Counted from the stretch's first letter, positions 18,711 through 26,290 are shown. The stretch: DNA of 35,863 bases from a virus (IMGVR_UViG_3300030372_005731:1-35863), one strand, 5' to 3'. Program-made: numbers and translations. The notes: generated by a model not told the origin, from the sequence alone.

Positions 18711-18891
18711 TTAAAGTTCCTTTTTATTTTTTTCGTACTATTGAGTGGGCCCAACAATCTCAACCAAAAACGACCCCCCCCCTTAAGAAAAAATAAGAAT
18801 ATTTTGAGCTTTCATTTAAGATCATCCTGTATATTAAACAGGGGGTTATTGTGCTTAATTTATGGCAAAATACCTAATTTTGATCACCACT

Positions 18892-19404
18892 TTAATCCCC
18901 GCTTTCATTTTTAAGTTGGTTTATTCGTGCATTTATGTCAATTAATGATATCTCGTCGTTATTTATCTGTGAGCTTAAGTCCTTCGACTGGTTTATGTTT
19001 ATTTCAATATTATTCTTAGCTCCCGTCCTACCCTCTATCGTACGCAATTCTTCCCTATTGTTCTTAGCAGCTAAATGAAGCTGAAAGAAAGACGCTTTAT
19101 CAGCCTTAGAATTAGCTATCTGATCATACAAATAAGAATTTAACGTCAACTTATCTATCTCGGTCTTTTTTATTGCGTCCACCAGCTCTTCCACAAGGGA
19201 ATCTTCAATTAAACTCCGTGGATCATGATATTTTTCATGCACCGTTGATTTCGGTATACCCAGAAGAGAGGCTATTTCTCTGAATGATTTGTTGTAGTTA
19301 TCTTTTAAATTTCGAATAACTTGAGGTGCCGCAATACCATGGGCGGGTGGTTTGGGTTTGATAGGTTTCTTATTTGTCCGGCCCTTCTTTTTATCCTGGT
19401 CCAT
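18892..19404 (-). CDS. terS: Terminase small subunit candidate, 170 aa
   Basis: HTH SFREIASLLGIPKSTVHE, helical core, NNIEININ tail, first gene of the late arm. Confidence 0.65.
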   Translation of the reverse strand: MDQDKKKGRTNKKPIKPKPPAHGIAAPQVIRNLKDNYNKSFREIASLLGIPKSTVHEKYHDPRSLIEDSLVEELVDAIKKTEIDKLTLNSYLYDQIANSKADKASFFQLHLAAKNNREELRTIEGRTGAKNNIEININQSKDLSSQINNDEISLIDINARINQLKNESGD

Positions 19405-19422
19405 GTGTGCCCCTTTTGGTTT

Positions 19423-19466
19423 GCCGACCTACCCTAGAGGAGGGAGTGATACAGGGCAGGTCAGGC
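19423..19466 (-). promoter_or_regulatory. terS leader hairpin with anti-SD-like loop
   Basis: 13-bp stem GCC(U)GACCUGCCCU/AGGGUAGGUCGGC, 17-nt loop GUAUCACUCCCUCCUCU. Confidence 0.6.
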
Positions 19467-19510
19467 GAAAATCAATGTGTGTGCGTTTGTTGTGATGACA
19501 AACTAGATTT

Positions 19511-19539
19511 ATAATATTGGAACTATACACTTTTGTCAA
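19511..19539 (-). promoter_or_regulatory. Leftward sigma70 promoter (terS/late arm)
   Basis: TTGACA-17 bp-TATTAT. Confidence 0.75.
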
Positions 19540-19598
19540 TGACAATTGTACACTAAATATGTTTTCAAATACACTAATATTTAATGTGTGTACTTGTG

Positions 19599-19627
19599 TT
19601 GACATGTGCGCATTTGTGCGTTATTAT
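19599..19627 (+). promoter_or_regulatory. Rightward sigma70 promoter (accessory island)
   Basis: TTGACA-17 bp-TATTAT upstream of AGGAGG and ATG 19661. Confidence 0.75.
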
Positions 19628-19660
19628 ATGTGTAGATTAAAAAAAACAGGAGGAAAGAAA

Positions 19661-20137
19661 ATGAACAAGAAAGAAAAAAAACTAAAAGGAGTTAGCTTTT
19701 ACTATGAGATGTGCGATGGTCAGTATTATCCTGCATCATACGTAAAAGATGGAATAGAGGTCAAACTTAATGATGAAACATACACAGAAAAAGAAATAGA
19801 AGATCACATGATAGAGCTTAAAGATTATTATTTTGGATACGTACAGGATTGTTTTGACTGCTCTGTGTCTGATAAAAATATGAAGGTTGTTTCTGTTTTA
19901 GCTATATTAGATACAGAACTTGATGAGGATGGTTTCCCAATTACTATCGTTAGATATGAGGCAAAAGAAATGGATAAAAAAGAAGAAAAAGAAGAAAATT
20001 CATTTACTGAAACAGAGTTGGCAGATACTGAAACAGAGTTGGCAGAATGGATGGAAATACAGAGACAAGATAGAAAGAACGGCAATTTAGATCAGCAAAA
20101 AATTGATAAATTAGACGCTATTGGGTTTCCTTGGTAA
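19661..20137 (+). CDS. Acidic protein with C-terminal helicase-associated (HA)-like motif, 158 aa
   Basis: AGGAGG RBS supports 19661 over 19517; LAEWMEIQRQDRKNGNLDQQKIDKLDAIGFPW matches the HA repeat C-terminal half. Confidence 0.7.
   Translation: MNKKEKKLKGVSFYYEMCDGQYYPASYVKDGIEVKLNDETYTEKEIEDHMIELKDYYFGYVQDCFDCSVSDKNMKVVSVLAILDTELDEDGFPITIVRYEAKEMDKKEEKEENSFTETELADTETELAEWMEIQRQDRKNGNLDQQKIDKLDAIGFPW
20005..20046 (+). repeat. Perfect 21-bp tandem duplication
   Basis: tactgaaacagagttggcaga x2, giving TETELAD TETELAE. Confidence 0.95.
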
Positions 20138-20173
20138 CCTAATTAATTTAAACAATCTTTCAAGGAGCAAACA

Positions 20174-20380
20174 ATGGATAAAGAAGAGAGAATCAGAATA
20201 ACAGTGATTTTGAACAAGAGTGTATTTTTAAGAATGAGAGATTTAAGGGGTGATATACCTCAGTCTAGATATTGCTCAGCAGCTATAAAAGAAAAGAACG
20301 ATAGTACTTATTTAGCAATGTCAGATAAGCAAAAAGAGGATTATCTAAAACGTGTTAAGGAAAATAAAGGAGATAAGTAA
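20174..20380 (+). CDS. Ribbon-helix-helix (CopG/Arc-like) regulator, 68 aa
   Basis: RIRITVIL strand, helix, then PQSRYCSAAIKEK helix. Confidence 0.6.
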   Translation: MDKEERIRITVILNKSVFLRMRDLRGDIPQSRYCSAAIKEKNDSTYLAMSDKQKEDYLKRVKENKGDK

Positions 20381-20382
20381 GT

Positions 20383-21192
20383 ATGGTATTGAGAAATAGA
20401 TTGCAAAGTGGAAGACTATTTGACAACAGGGGGAGAATAATGAAAAGTGGATTTGGGTTTGGGGATATTATGACTTTCTGCGTCATGATAGACATAGAGG
20501 CGCTAAGCTTAAGGCCTAATGCTCAAATTGTTAGCATAGGTGTTGTATGCTTTGGCTCAGAGAGGATATTTAATATAAAAAATACCAGCGATAATTACGA
20601 CCAGGACAAGGGCGTTATTTCATGGTGGTCAAAGCGAGAGAATGCAGATTACTGGTTGGAAGAGAATGAGAATTTATACAATAACACTAAAGATGCCCTT
20701 GTAGCATTAAATAAATACATAGAGGTCGAGTTTGATAAACTTATAAAAGATTTCGATCCAGATACAGAAAACCCTAGAGGCTGGTGGGACAATATAAAGT
20801 GGGTCTCTAAAGGGAGTTTATATGATTTCCCTATACTTCAAAATGCATATAATACAGAAGGAGTAGCAGTTCCTTTTACCAACTATAAAAATATATTATG
20901 CTTACGATCTATTCTAGAGATGGTAAATGAGTTTTTTAGAACTGAAGATTCGCGTCGAAAAACTTATAATTCATTCGTAAATAAAAAAGGCCGTGAAGTT
21001 GACCTACTACAAGAAATGTCTAAAGTGAAATTCCCAAGTATGCAAAAAAGATCAAGTGTTTATTACAGACTTGACAACTATTTTCTTGGAGAAGCTTCAA
21101 CATACCCCTCTCATAATGCGTTAGAAGATGCTATTCAACAGCAACAACTTTTATATGACTGCCTTATGTTTCTTGAATGGGTGAATAAATAA
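20383..21192 (+). CDS. DEDD 3'-5' exonuclease (Rv2179c/exonuclease VIII-like)
   Basis: MIDIEAL, IVSIG, KGSLYDFPIL, HNALEDA motifs; alternative start 20440. Confidence 0.85.
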   Translation: MVLRNRLQSGRLFDNRGRIMKSGFGFGDIMTFCVMIDIEALSLRPNAQIVSIGVVCFGSERIFNIKNTSDNYDQDKGVISWWSKRENADYWLEENENLYNNTKDALVALNKYIEVEFDKLIKDFDPDTENPRGWWDNIKWVSKGSLYDFPILQNAYNTEGVAVPFTNYKNILCLRSILEMVNEFFRTEDSRRKTYNSFVNKKGREVDLLQEMSKVKFPSMQKRSSVYYRLDNYFLGEASTYPSHNALEDAIQQQQLLYDCLMFLEWVNK

Positions 21193-21255
21193 TTATACAC
21201 TTATAGCTGTCAGATGTGTAAAGAGAGCGATATTTAAATATAAAAGGAATTAAAG

Positions 21256-21453
21256 ATGAATAAAAATATAGACGATCTAATAAACGAGAATAAATATATA
21301 TATGATCTAATTAACGATCTAAAAAATAAGGAACTCCCTTCCCTTAAAGCAGAATTAATAAGACAGAAGAGTATAAAAAAAGCTTTATCTAACAAGGAAT
21401 TTAAAACAATCATTGATGATATTAAAGATCAAAGATATAACGATACTGTGTAG
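21256..21453 (+). CDS. Hypothetical protein, 65 aa, with 30-bp internal tandem repeat
   Basis: AAGGA RBS; repeat units 21258-21287 and 21288-21317. Confidence 0.6.
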   Translation: MNKNIDDLINENKYIYDLINDLKNKELPSLKAELIRQKSIKKALSNKEFKTIIDDIKDQRYNDTV

Positions 21454-21645
21454 TGCCCTCCCGGGGGGGGCGTAAAAGCTACGCTTATTACTTGGTAGTG
21501 GGTTAATTTTTTATATATATTTAAGTAAGAAATAAAAGTTAGTTTCACGTTTTGAAATACGAGCTGGTAACCTTCGAAATTCTACCATAGATATTCAAAT
21601 TTGTGAAGACTTTTAATACACTTAATGTGATGCTATACTAAATTC

Positions 21646-21855
21646 ATGAAATACTCAAATTGCAACAAATGCGGAGATACCGTAGAACAGAACTATTTAG
21701 CGGATGCAATTTGCTTTGCATGTATTGATAATTCAGATGATATTTACGCAAATTCTTACGATATTTATTCTAACTGTATTCAAGAGCAAGCTCTAAATGA
21801 TCAGTTAGAAATAAATAGAATGCCTAATATAAAAGGAAGTATATGCGGAAAATAA
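21646..21855 (+). CDS. Small zinc-finger-like protein, 69 aa
   Basis: CNKC and CFAC. Confidence 0.5.
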   Translation: MKYSNCNKCGDTVEQNYLADAICFACIDNSDDIYANSYDIYSNCIQEQALNDQLEINRMPNIKGSICGK

Positions 21856-22139
21856 AGATTAAGCGAGAAAAAGCCACAGAGAGGATATTTACTGCTTTGT
21901 TAAACCAATCTTTAGAAAAAAGTAGGCTTAATATCTTAAATGATGATTTAGAAGAATCAGTTGAGAGATTAACAAACTTAACACAATATACATTTAACCT
22001 CATGGCCCAACACTCGCCTGAAATATTGGGGTATAACGACTTTCAGTATTTAGAAGATGAATCATCAATGGATGAAATAGTCTTGCTGGCTAGCTCTGAC
22101 GATATCGATATTGATCAAGATCTACAAAAAAATCACTGA
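21843..22139 (+). CDS. Hypothetical protein with acidic C-terminus, 98 aa
   Basis: AAGGA RBS; overlaps upstream gene. Confidence 0.55.
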   Translation: MRKIKIKREKATERIFTALLNQSLEKSRLNILNDDLEESVERLTNLTQYTFNLMAQHSPEILGYNDFQYLEDESSMDEIVLLASSDDIDIDQDLQKNH

Positions 22140-22347
22140 CAGCAACACCTAAAGCAGTTGCCAATCTAACCGCATTAATTAGAGAAATATGTTTTCTTTT
22201 CCCTCTCTCTATTTGTGATATATACGTAAAATGAAGTTCCGCTTTTTCTGATAACGAAAATTGTGATTCACCTTTTTCAAGACGTATTCTTTTAAGATTC
22301 TTCCTAAAGCAAGAATAAACGATATCGTCCTGAATAGAAAAAACCAT
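22090..22347 (-). CDS. XRE-family HTH regulator resembling R-M controller (C) proteins, 85 aa
   Basis: FRKNLKRIRLEKGESQFSLSEKAELHFTYISQIERGKRKHISL; AGGAG RBS. Confidence 0.85.
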   Translation of the reverse strand: MVFSIQDDIVYSCFRKNLKRIRLEKGESQFSLSEKAELHFTYISQIERGKRKHISLINAVRLATALGVAVSDFFVDLDQYRYRQS

Positions 22348-22420
22348 AATATCTCCTATAAAAATAAGTCTTGAAATGGCCCTTTTAAAAATTGTATCAT
22401 TAAAATTAACGTTTAAACAT

Positions 22421-22447
22421 AGACCATCGTCTTTAAGACTTTAGTCT
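22421..22447. promoter_or_regulatory. Tandem palindromic operator pair 1 (C-box-like)
   Basis: AGACCATCGTCT-tta-AGACTTTAGTCT, 15-bp period. Confidence 0.7.
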
Positions 22448-22477
22448 AAATATAAAGAAAAAGCAGGAGGCAATTAC

Positions 22478-22693
22478 TTGAATAACCCAGTAAAATACGT
22501 AGAGTGTGACATTGTATATAGCGAAGAGGGGATATGCATATATAAAAACAATGAGGGTGTTTTGAATATTATAGTATGCAATTCGGTAAAAGAATCGCAT
22601 AGAGATAACCTTGTTAAAAAGTGGGTGGAAAAAAATATTGAAGAACTGACAATATGTAAAATTAAAATACAAGAAAAGACTATAGTCTCATAG
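22478..22693 (+). CDS. Hypothetical protein, 71 aa
   Basis: TTG start with AGGAGG RBS. Confidence 0.6.
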   Translation: MNNPVKYVECDIVYSEEGICIYKNNEGVLNIIVCNSVKESHRDNLVKKWVEKNIEELTICKIKIQEKTIVS

Positions 22694-22703
22694 ACTATTG
22701 TCA
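22677..22703. promoter_or_regulatory. Tandem palindromic operator pair 2 (C-box-like)
   Basis: AGACTATAGTCT-cat-AGACTATTGTCA, 15-bp period. Confidence 0.7.
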
Positions 22704-22859
22704 TATTTACTTTTATTTAATATAGTTTTATTGACTATTTATTTATCATTATTGACCAATATATAGATAAGTTTTATTTATTTTCTATGGGTTGTAGTTG
22801 GCAGTAATATTGCAATAGTAAATAGATAGTAAAATATAAACAAATATAGGAGGAAATAC

Positions 22860-23417
22860 ATGTATTCTACAATGGGATGTGATATAAACGATTTAATAAA
22901 TCAGTCGCAGGCAAATCAATGGTCTCAGATGGTTAATTTACTGTGTAAAAAACATGTTATAGCCAATCAAACCGCGTTAGTCGAAGAAAAATTAAGGTCG
23001 CCAGGCTTTGCATCATTAAATATAAGAAACAGCCACTATTACCCTGAATTAAGCGCTTCAGGACTGGAATTAAGGTATAGGCATGGTTCAAATGAAACAA
23101 ACGAATTATTACATATTAAATTAAAAGCCTTAAAAAGTGCAATTGATGAAGACACCGATGATATAATGAGCATGAAAGAGCTCATTAAGGGTGAATTAAA
23201 AGAGAGAGAGCACCAGGCTTCACTAAAGTACCCTTTTCAGATACACGAGTGGTATCTTGTGACGTCTTATTTATCAAATGCTTTAATTAAATTAAAACAG
23301 CCTGTATTGGTTAACAAATGCGGAATGTGGTGGGGTAGGGGTGATGGGTCTATTCAGAAAGATATTTCACTAATCAATATTGCAACAGATGGTAAAATCG
23401 TTGATGGGTTGATTTAA
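22860..23417 (+). CDS. Phage hypothetical protein, 185 aa
   Basis: AGGAGG RBS; IHEWYLVTSYLSNAL...WWGR motif resembles an uncharacterised phage family (from memory). Confidence 0.7.
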   Translation: MYSTMGCDINDLINQSQANQWSQMVNLLCKKHVIANQTALVEEKLRSPGFASLNIRNSHYYPELSASGLELRYRHGSNETNELLHIKLKALKSAIDEDTDDIMSMKELIKGELKEREHQASLKYPFQIHEWYLVTSYLSNALIKLKQPVLVNKCGMWWGRGDGSIQKDISLINIATDGKIVDGLI

Positions 23418-23434
23418 AAAAAAAAGGGGGGGGG

Positions 23435-23680
23435 CTACTCTTCGCCTACCAATTCTTCGATACTGTCTCCTACCAGTTCTTCGATACGTACATCTAGAAA
23501 TTTAGCAATTAAAGCAGCGTCCATTAAATTAATACTACTATTATTTACTTCGATGTTTCTAAGCCAGGATGGGCTAATACCAACTTTACGACACAGCTCA
23601 AAACGGCTCAACCCTTTAGCCTCTCTCGCTCTTCTGATTTTAGCACCTGTATTCATAACCAAAATAATAACATGAGTCAA
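23435..23680 (-). CDS. XRE-family HTH regulator
   Basis: GAKIRRAREAKGLSRFELCRKVGISPSWLRNIE; possible start 23656. Confidence 0.85.
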   Translation of the reverse strand: MTHVIILVMNTGAKIRRAREAKGLSRFELCRKVGISPSWLRNIEVNNSSINLMDAALIAKFLDVRIEELVGDSIEELVGEE

Positions 23681-23700
23681 CCACAGATACCATACCAGAC

Positions 23701-23729
23701 TTGTAATAAAACGATCATTATAGTACTAT
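23701..23729 (+). promoter_or_regulatory. Promoter for a probably leaderless transcript
   Basis: TTGTAA-17 bp-TACTAT, 6 nt before ATG 23736. Confidence 0.5.
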
Positions 23730-23735
23730 AGCGCT

Positions 23736-23813
23736 ATGACCATCGAACAACTATTACAAGCTATTAACGCTGAATTACTGGGATTACAATACCTAAGAGA
23801 TAAGTATCGATAA
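23736..23813 (+). CDS. Micro-ORF, 25 aa
   Basis: MTIEQLLQAINAELLGLQYLRDKYR, amphipathic; TAATG coupling to next ORF. Confidence 0.4.
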   Translation: MTIEQLLQAINAELLGLQYLRDKYR

Positions 23814-23965
23814 TGGCCACTGACCTATCTTGGGTATGGGTATTCTTGTGTTTCTGCATGTTAATTAGTTTATGGTATTTCATCTCGATGATCAGCACCC
23901 TTACGATTTTAGTTTATGAAATCAAAGAATTGGTTCAAGACTATATCGCACCCCAAAAGCCTTAG
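23813..23965 (+). CDS. Small membrane protein, 50 aa
   Basis: MATDLSWVWVFLCFCMLISLWYFISMISTLTILVYEIKELVQDYIAPQKP, followed by an 11-bp hairpin at 23959-23987. Confidence 0.5.
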   Translation: MATDLSWVWVFLCFCMLISLWYFISMISTLTILVYEIKELVQDYIAPQKP

Positions 23966-24070
23966 CCCATTCGCCCTGGGTTAGGGCCCCTCATAAAAAT
24001 ATACACAATGATCATTTCGTGACATTTCGTTACATAAAAACACGGTTTTTTTGACAACTTATACCTTAAA

Positions 24071-24093
24071 TGGGGATCATATGGGGATAAATA
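24071..24093. repeat. Integrase arm-type site pair, left
   Basis: tggggatcatatggggataaata, identical to 24313-24335. Confidence 0.75.
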
Positions 24094-24160
24094 TAAAAAA
24101 AGCGATTATATTAATAATATTTATTATCTTCATTTTTCGCTTTGTTGTACGGAAATTTAA

Positions 24161-24211
24161 TGGTGGAGGTGACCGGGATCGAACCGATGGCCTTCTGCGT
24201 GCAAGGCAGAC
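24161..24211 (-). mobile_element. attP: attP core: 3' 51 nt of tRNA-Ala(UGC)
   Basis: Reverse complement GTCTGC-CTTGCAC-GCAGA-AGGCC-ATCGG-TTCGATC-CCGGT-CACCTCC-ACCA: anticodon arm, T arm and CCA, no D arm; next to integrase. Confidence 0.92.
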
Positions 24212-24312
24212 TTAAGAATAACACGAAATGACGTATTTTGCTATATTTATGCACAAATAAATGATTATACAATGATGTGAAAATTGCTAAATATACCATT
24301 TAATTCATAAAG

Positions 24313-24335
24313 TGGGGATCATATGGGGATAAATA
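24313..24335. repeat. Integrase arm-type site pair, right
   Basis: Direct repeat of 24071-24093 on the other side of the core. Confidence 0.75.
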
Positions 24336-24405
24336 GTGGCACAGGATTCAAAACTCAATATAACATAAAAATAAACAATTATTGGAAAGAAATTTTAAAA
24401 AAAAA

Positions 24406-25473
24406 TTATATAAATGATGAGGCTTTATTAATATGCTCTAAAAGGTAATTATCTGTTGTGTTGATATTTAAATAATACTTCATTGTAGTGTTAGGTGAGG
24501 TATGACCCATTAAACTGGTCAGTGCCAATACAGATGCACCGCTCTTAGCTAGTCTTGTAGCAAACGTAGCTCGAAATTTCGTAATAGCACATGAACAATC
24601 AAGGTTTGTTTTTTTAGCCACTCTAATGAGAGATTTTCTTAAGTAGCTTGTTTCTGAGTAAGGTGAAATTATATCGTCATCCTTTAGGTTGTTATCAAGT
24701 ATGCTCTGATTAATTAATGAATACAACTCCTTGTTGATGGGAATCTTGCGGCCGCGTTTTTTGTTGTTCTTCTGTCCTATTGAATTGACGCCTCGTACAT
24801 TTATAAAATCTTCATGAACATCCTTCACTCTTAAAATCGAAAACTCAAATGCTCTAAGGCCTGTATTTAATAAAACAGTAATACAAAACTTCAAGTTTTC
24901 ACTTGAATTATCATATAAGGTCTTTATCTCTAAGTCAGTAAAAATTTGAGGTGTTTTTTCTTCGGCCTTCATGGAAATATTAATTTCAGGGATAGTTTTA
25001 ATGTATTTTTTCTTATATGCGTAATTCAATAGGCGCCTTATATCAGTTATGGTGATTCTGATAGTAGTTTTTTTTAAATTTCTATTTGCCAAATAAGTAA
25101 TCAGAGATTCAATTAAAAACTCGTCTACTTCCGATACTGACTTATTAAATAAGAATGGTCTTACTCGAACCATGCTCTCGAGATAAACATTGAATGTACT
25201 GCGAGGCATATCACCACGTTTGACCTTGTTAAGGTAATAAGGCTCGAATTCATCATGTAATTGGTTAAAGGTTATAGTCTTATTAACGCGTTCTGTTAGT
25301 CTTTCAGGGTTATATTTCATTTCATTAAGTATCTTATTAGCTTCACGCTTAGTTATGTCTTTTCCTAAAATACCAAGTTTTTTTACTGAAACAATACTAT
25401 CTTTACCATTAACCCTTGTTCTATCTATAATATACACATTTTTTTTATGCTGAATCTTAAGACATAATCCCAT
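24406..25473 (-). CDS. int: Tyrosine integrase, 355 aa
   Basis: TGLR, KFRATFAT (H to K variant of HxxR), LMGH, TTMKY catalytic motifs. Confidence 0.95.
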   Translation of the reverse strand: MGLCLKIQHKKNVYIIDRTRVNGKDSIVSVKKLGILGKDITKREANKILNEMKYNPERLTERVNKTITFNQLHDEFEPYYLNKVKRGDMPRSTFNVYLESMVRVRPFLFNKSVSEVDEFLIESLITYLANRNLKKTTIRITITDIRRLLNYAYKKKYIKTIPEINISMKAEEKTPQIFTDLEIKTLYDNSSENLKFCITVLLNTGLRAFEFSILRVKDVHEDFINVRGVNSIGQKNNKKRGRKIPINKELYSLINQSILDNNLKDDDIISPYSETSYLRKSLIRVAKKTNLDCSCAITKFRATFATRLAKSGASVLALTSLMGHTSPNTTMKYYLNINTTDNYLLEHINKASSFI

Positions 25474-26138
25474 TAGTATACCCTCCTCGACTCAATAACA
25501 ATTCCACTAATTTTAAATCGAACCTCAGTTTTAGAATTAAGAATAATAGTCTCCCCATTGTTTGCTTCTAACATTTTTGAGGTCCCATTCACTATGAACT
25601 TATATATATGGCATTCAGAATTCATTTTATCCTCAGCTAATACATAGTGTATACCATCAGATAAATTTGATTGCGATTTTATTAGCAATATGTCTCCTTG
25701 ATTAAAATGAAAATAAGAATTTGGGATTTTAATTGCAAACACCTGTTTCTCGTTACCGGTATATGGGATATTCCCATCCACTTTATTTTTCATCTCCTCT
25801 AAAACCTTAACCGGAAAGGGTTTAATTAACACTTGAGAATGAATATGCTCGATTGTGTCAAAATCACTCTCGATGTATCCTCCTAGCTTCATTAGATGTA
25901 TATAGTCTAACTTGAATGCTTTTGCAAATATCATAATCTTTTCGGGCTTAATATCTCTACTTTGAGATAATATCATTGATATGTGAGATGCCGTTATATG
26001 ACCATATGGCTCGGTGACCTTAGCTGCTTTTGCTTGATTACCATCAAAATTAGTATCTATATATTGTACTAAGTAATTTATAAGAGGCTGTCTTCCAAAT
26101 CGGTTAATATGCTCCCTCTCTTTACTCGCTGCGTTCAA
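25473..26138 (-). CDS. CI-like repressor (HTH plus degenerate S24-like domain), 221 aa
   Basis: ITASHISMIL HTH; C-terminal FAIKI..GDILLI..ISGIVIESRR; divergent from cro; TTG start with AGGAGG. Confidence 0.75.
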   Translation of the reverse strand: MNAASKEREHINRFGRQPLINYLVQYIDTNFDGNQAKAAKVTEPYGHITASHISMILSQSRDIKPEKIMIFAKAFKLDYIHLMKLGGYIESDFDTIEHIHSQVLIKPFPVKVLEEMKNKVDGNIPYTGNEKQVFAIKIPNSYFHFNQGDILLIKSQSNLSDGIHYVLAEDKMNSECHIYKFIVNGTSKMLEANNGETIILNSKTEVRFKISGIVIESRRVY

Positions 26139-26290
26139 TTTATTCCTCCTTTATTTATTTTACAACTATAGTTTAACAGATATTTAATTGATTTACAACA
26201 GTTATATTTTTTCCTTGACAATGCATAAATATGATGTTTTTATGTTTATAGACTTTGTTGACAAATGTGATGTTAGGAGGTGAAGAAATC

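Noticed and set aside
19517-19660. N-terminal extension of the 206-aa ORF
   Set aside because: Overlaps both promoters; the RBS supports 19661.
21454-21600. Structured ncRNA after the 65-aa gene
   Set aside because: Only a GC hairpin and short scattered complementarity; not enough to call.
22090-23417. Restriction-modification system
   Set aside because: No methyltransferase motifs or recognisable endonuclease near the controller-like gene.
24161-24211. Functional phage tRNA gene
   Set aside because: The 5' acceptor strand and D arm are absent; it is an att core.
24111-24299. 62-aa ORF over attP
   Set aside because: Crosses the tRNA fragment, has no RBS and would be split on integration.
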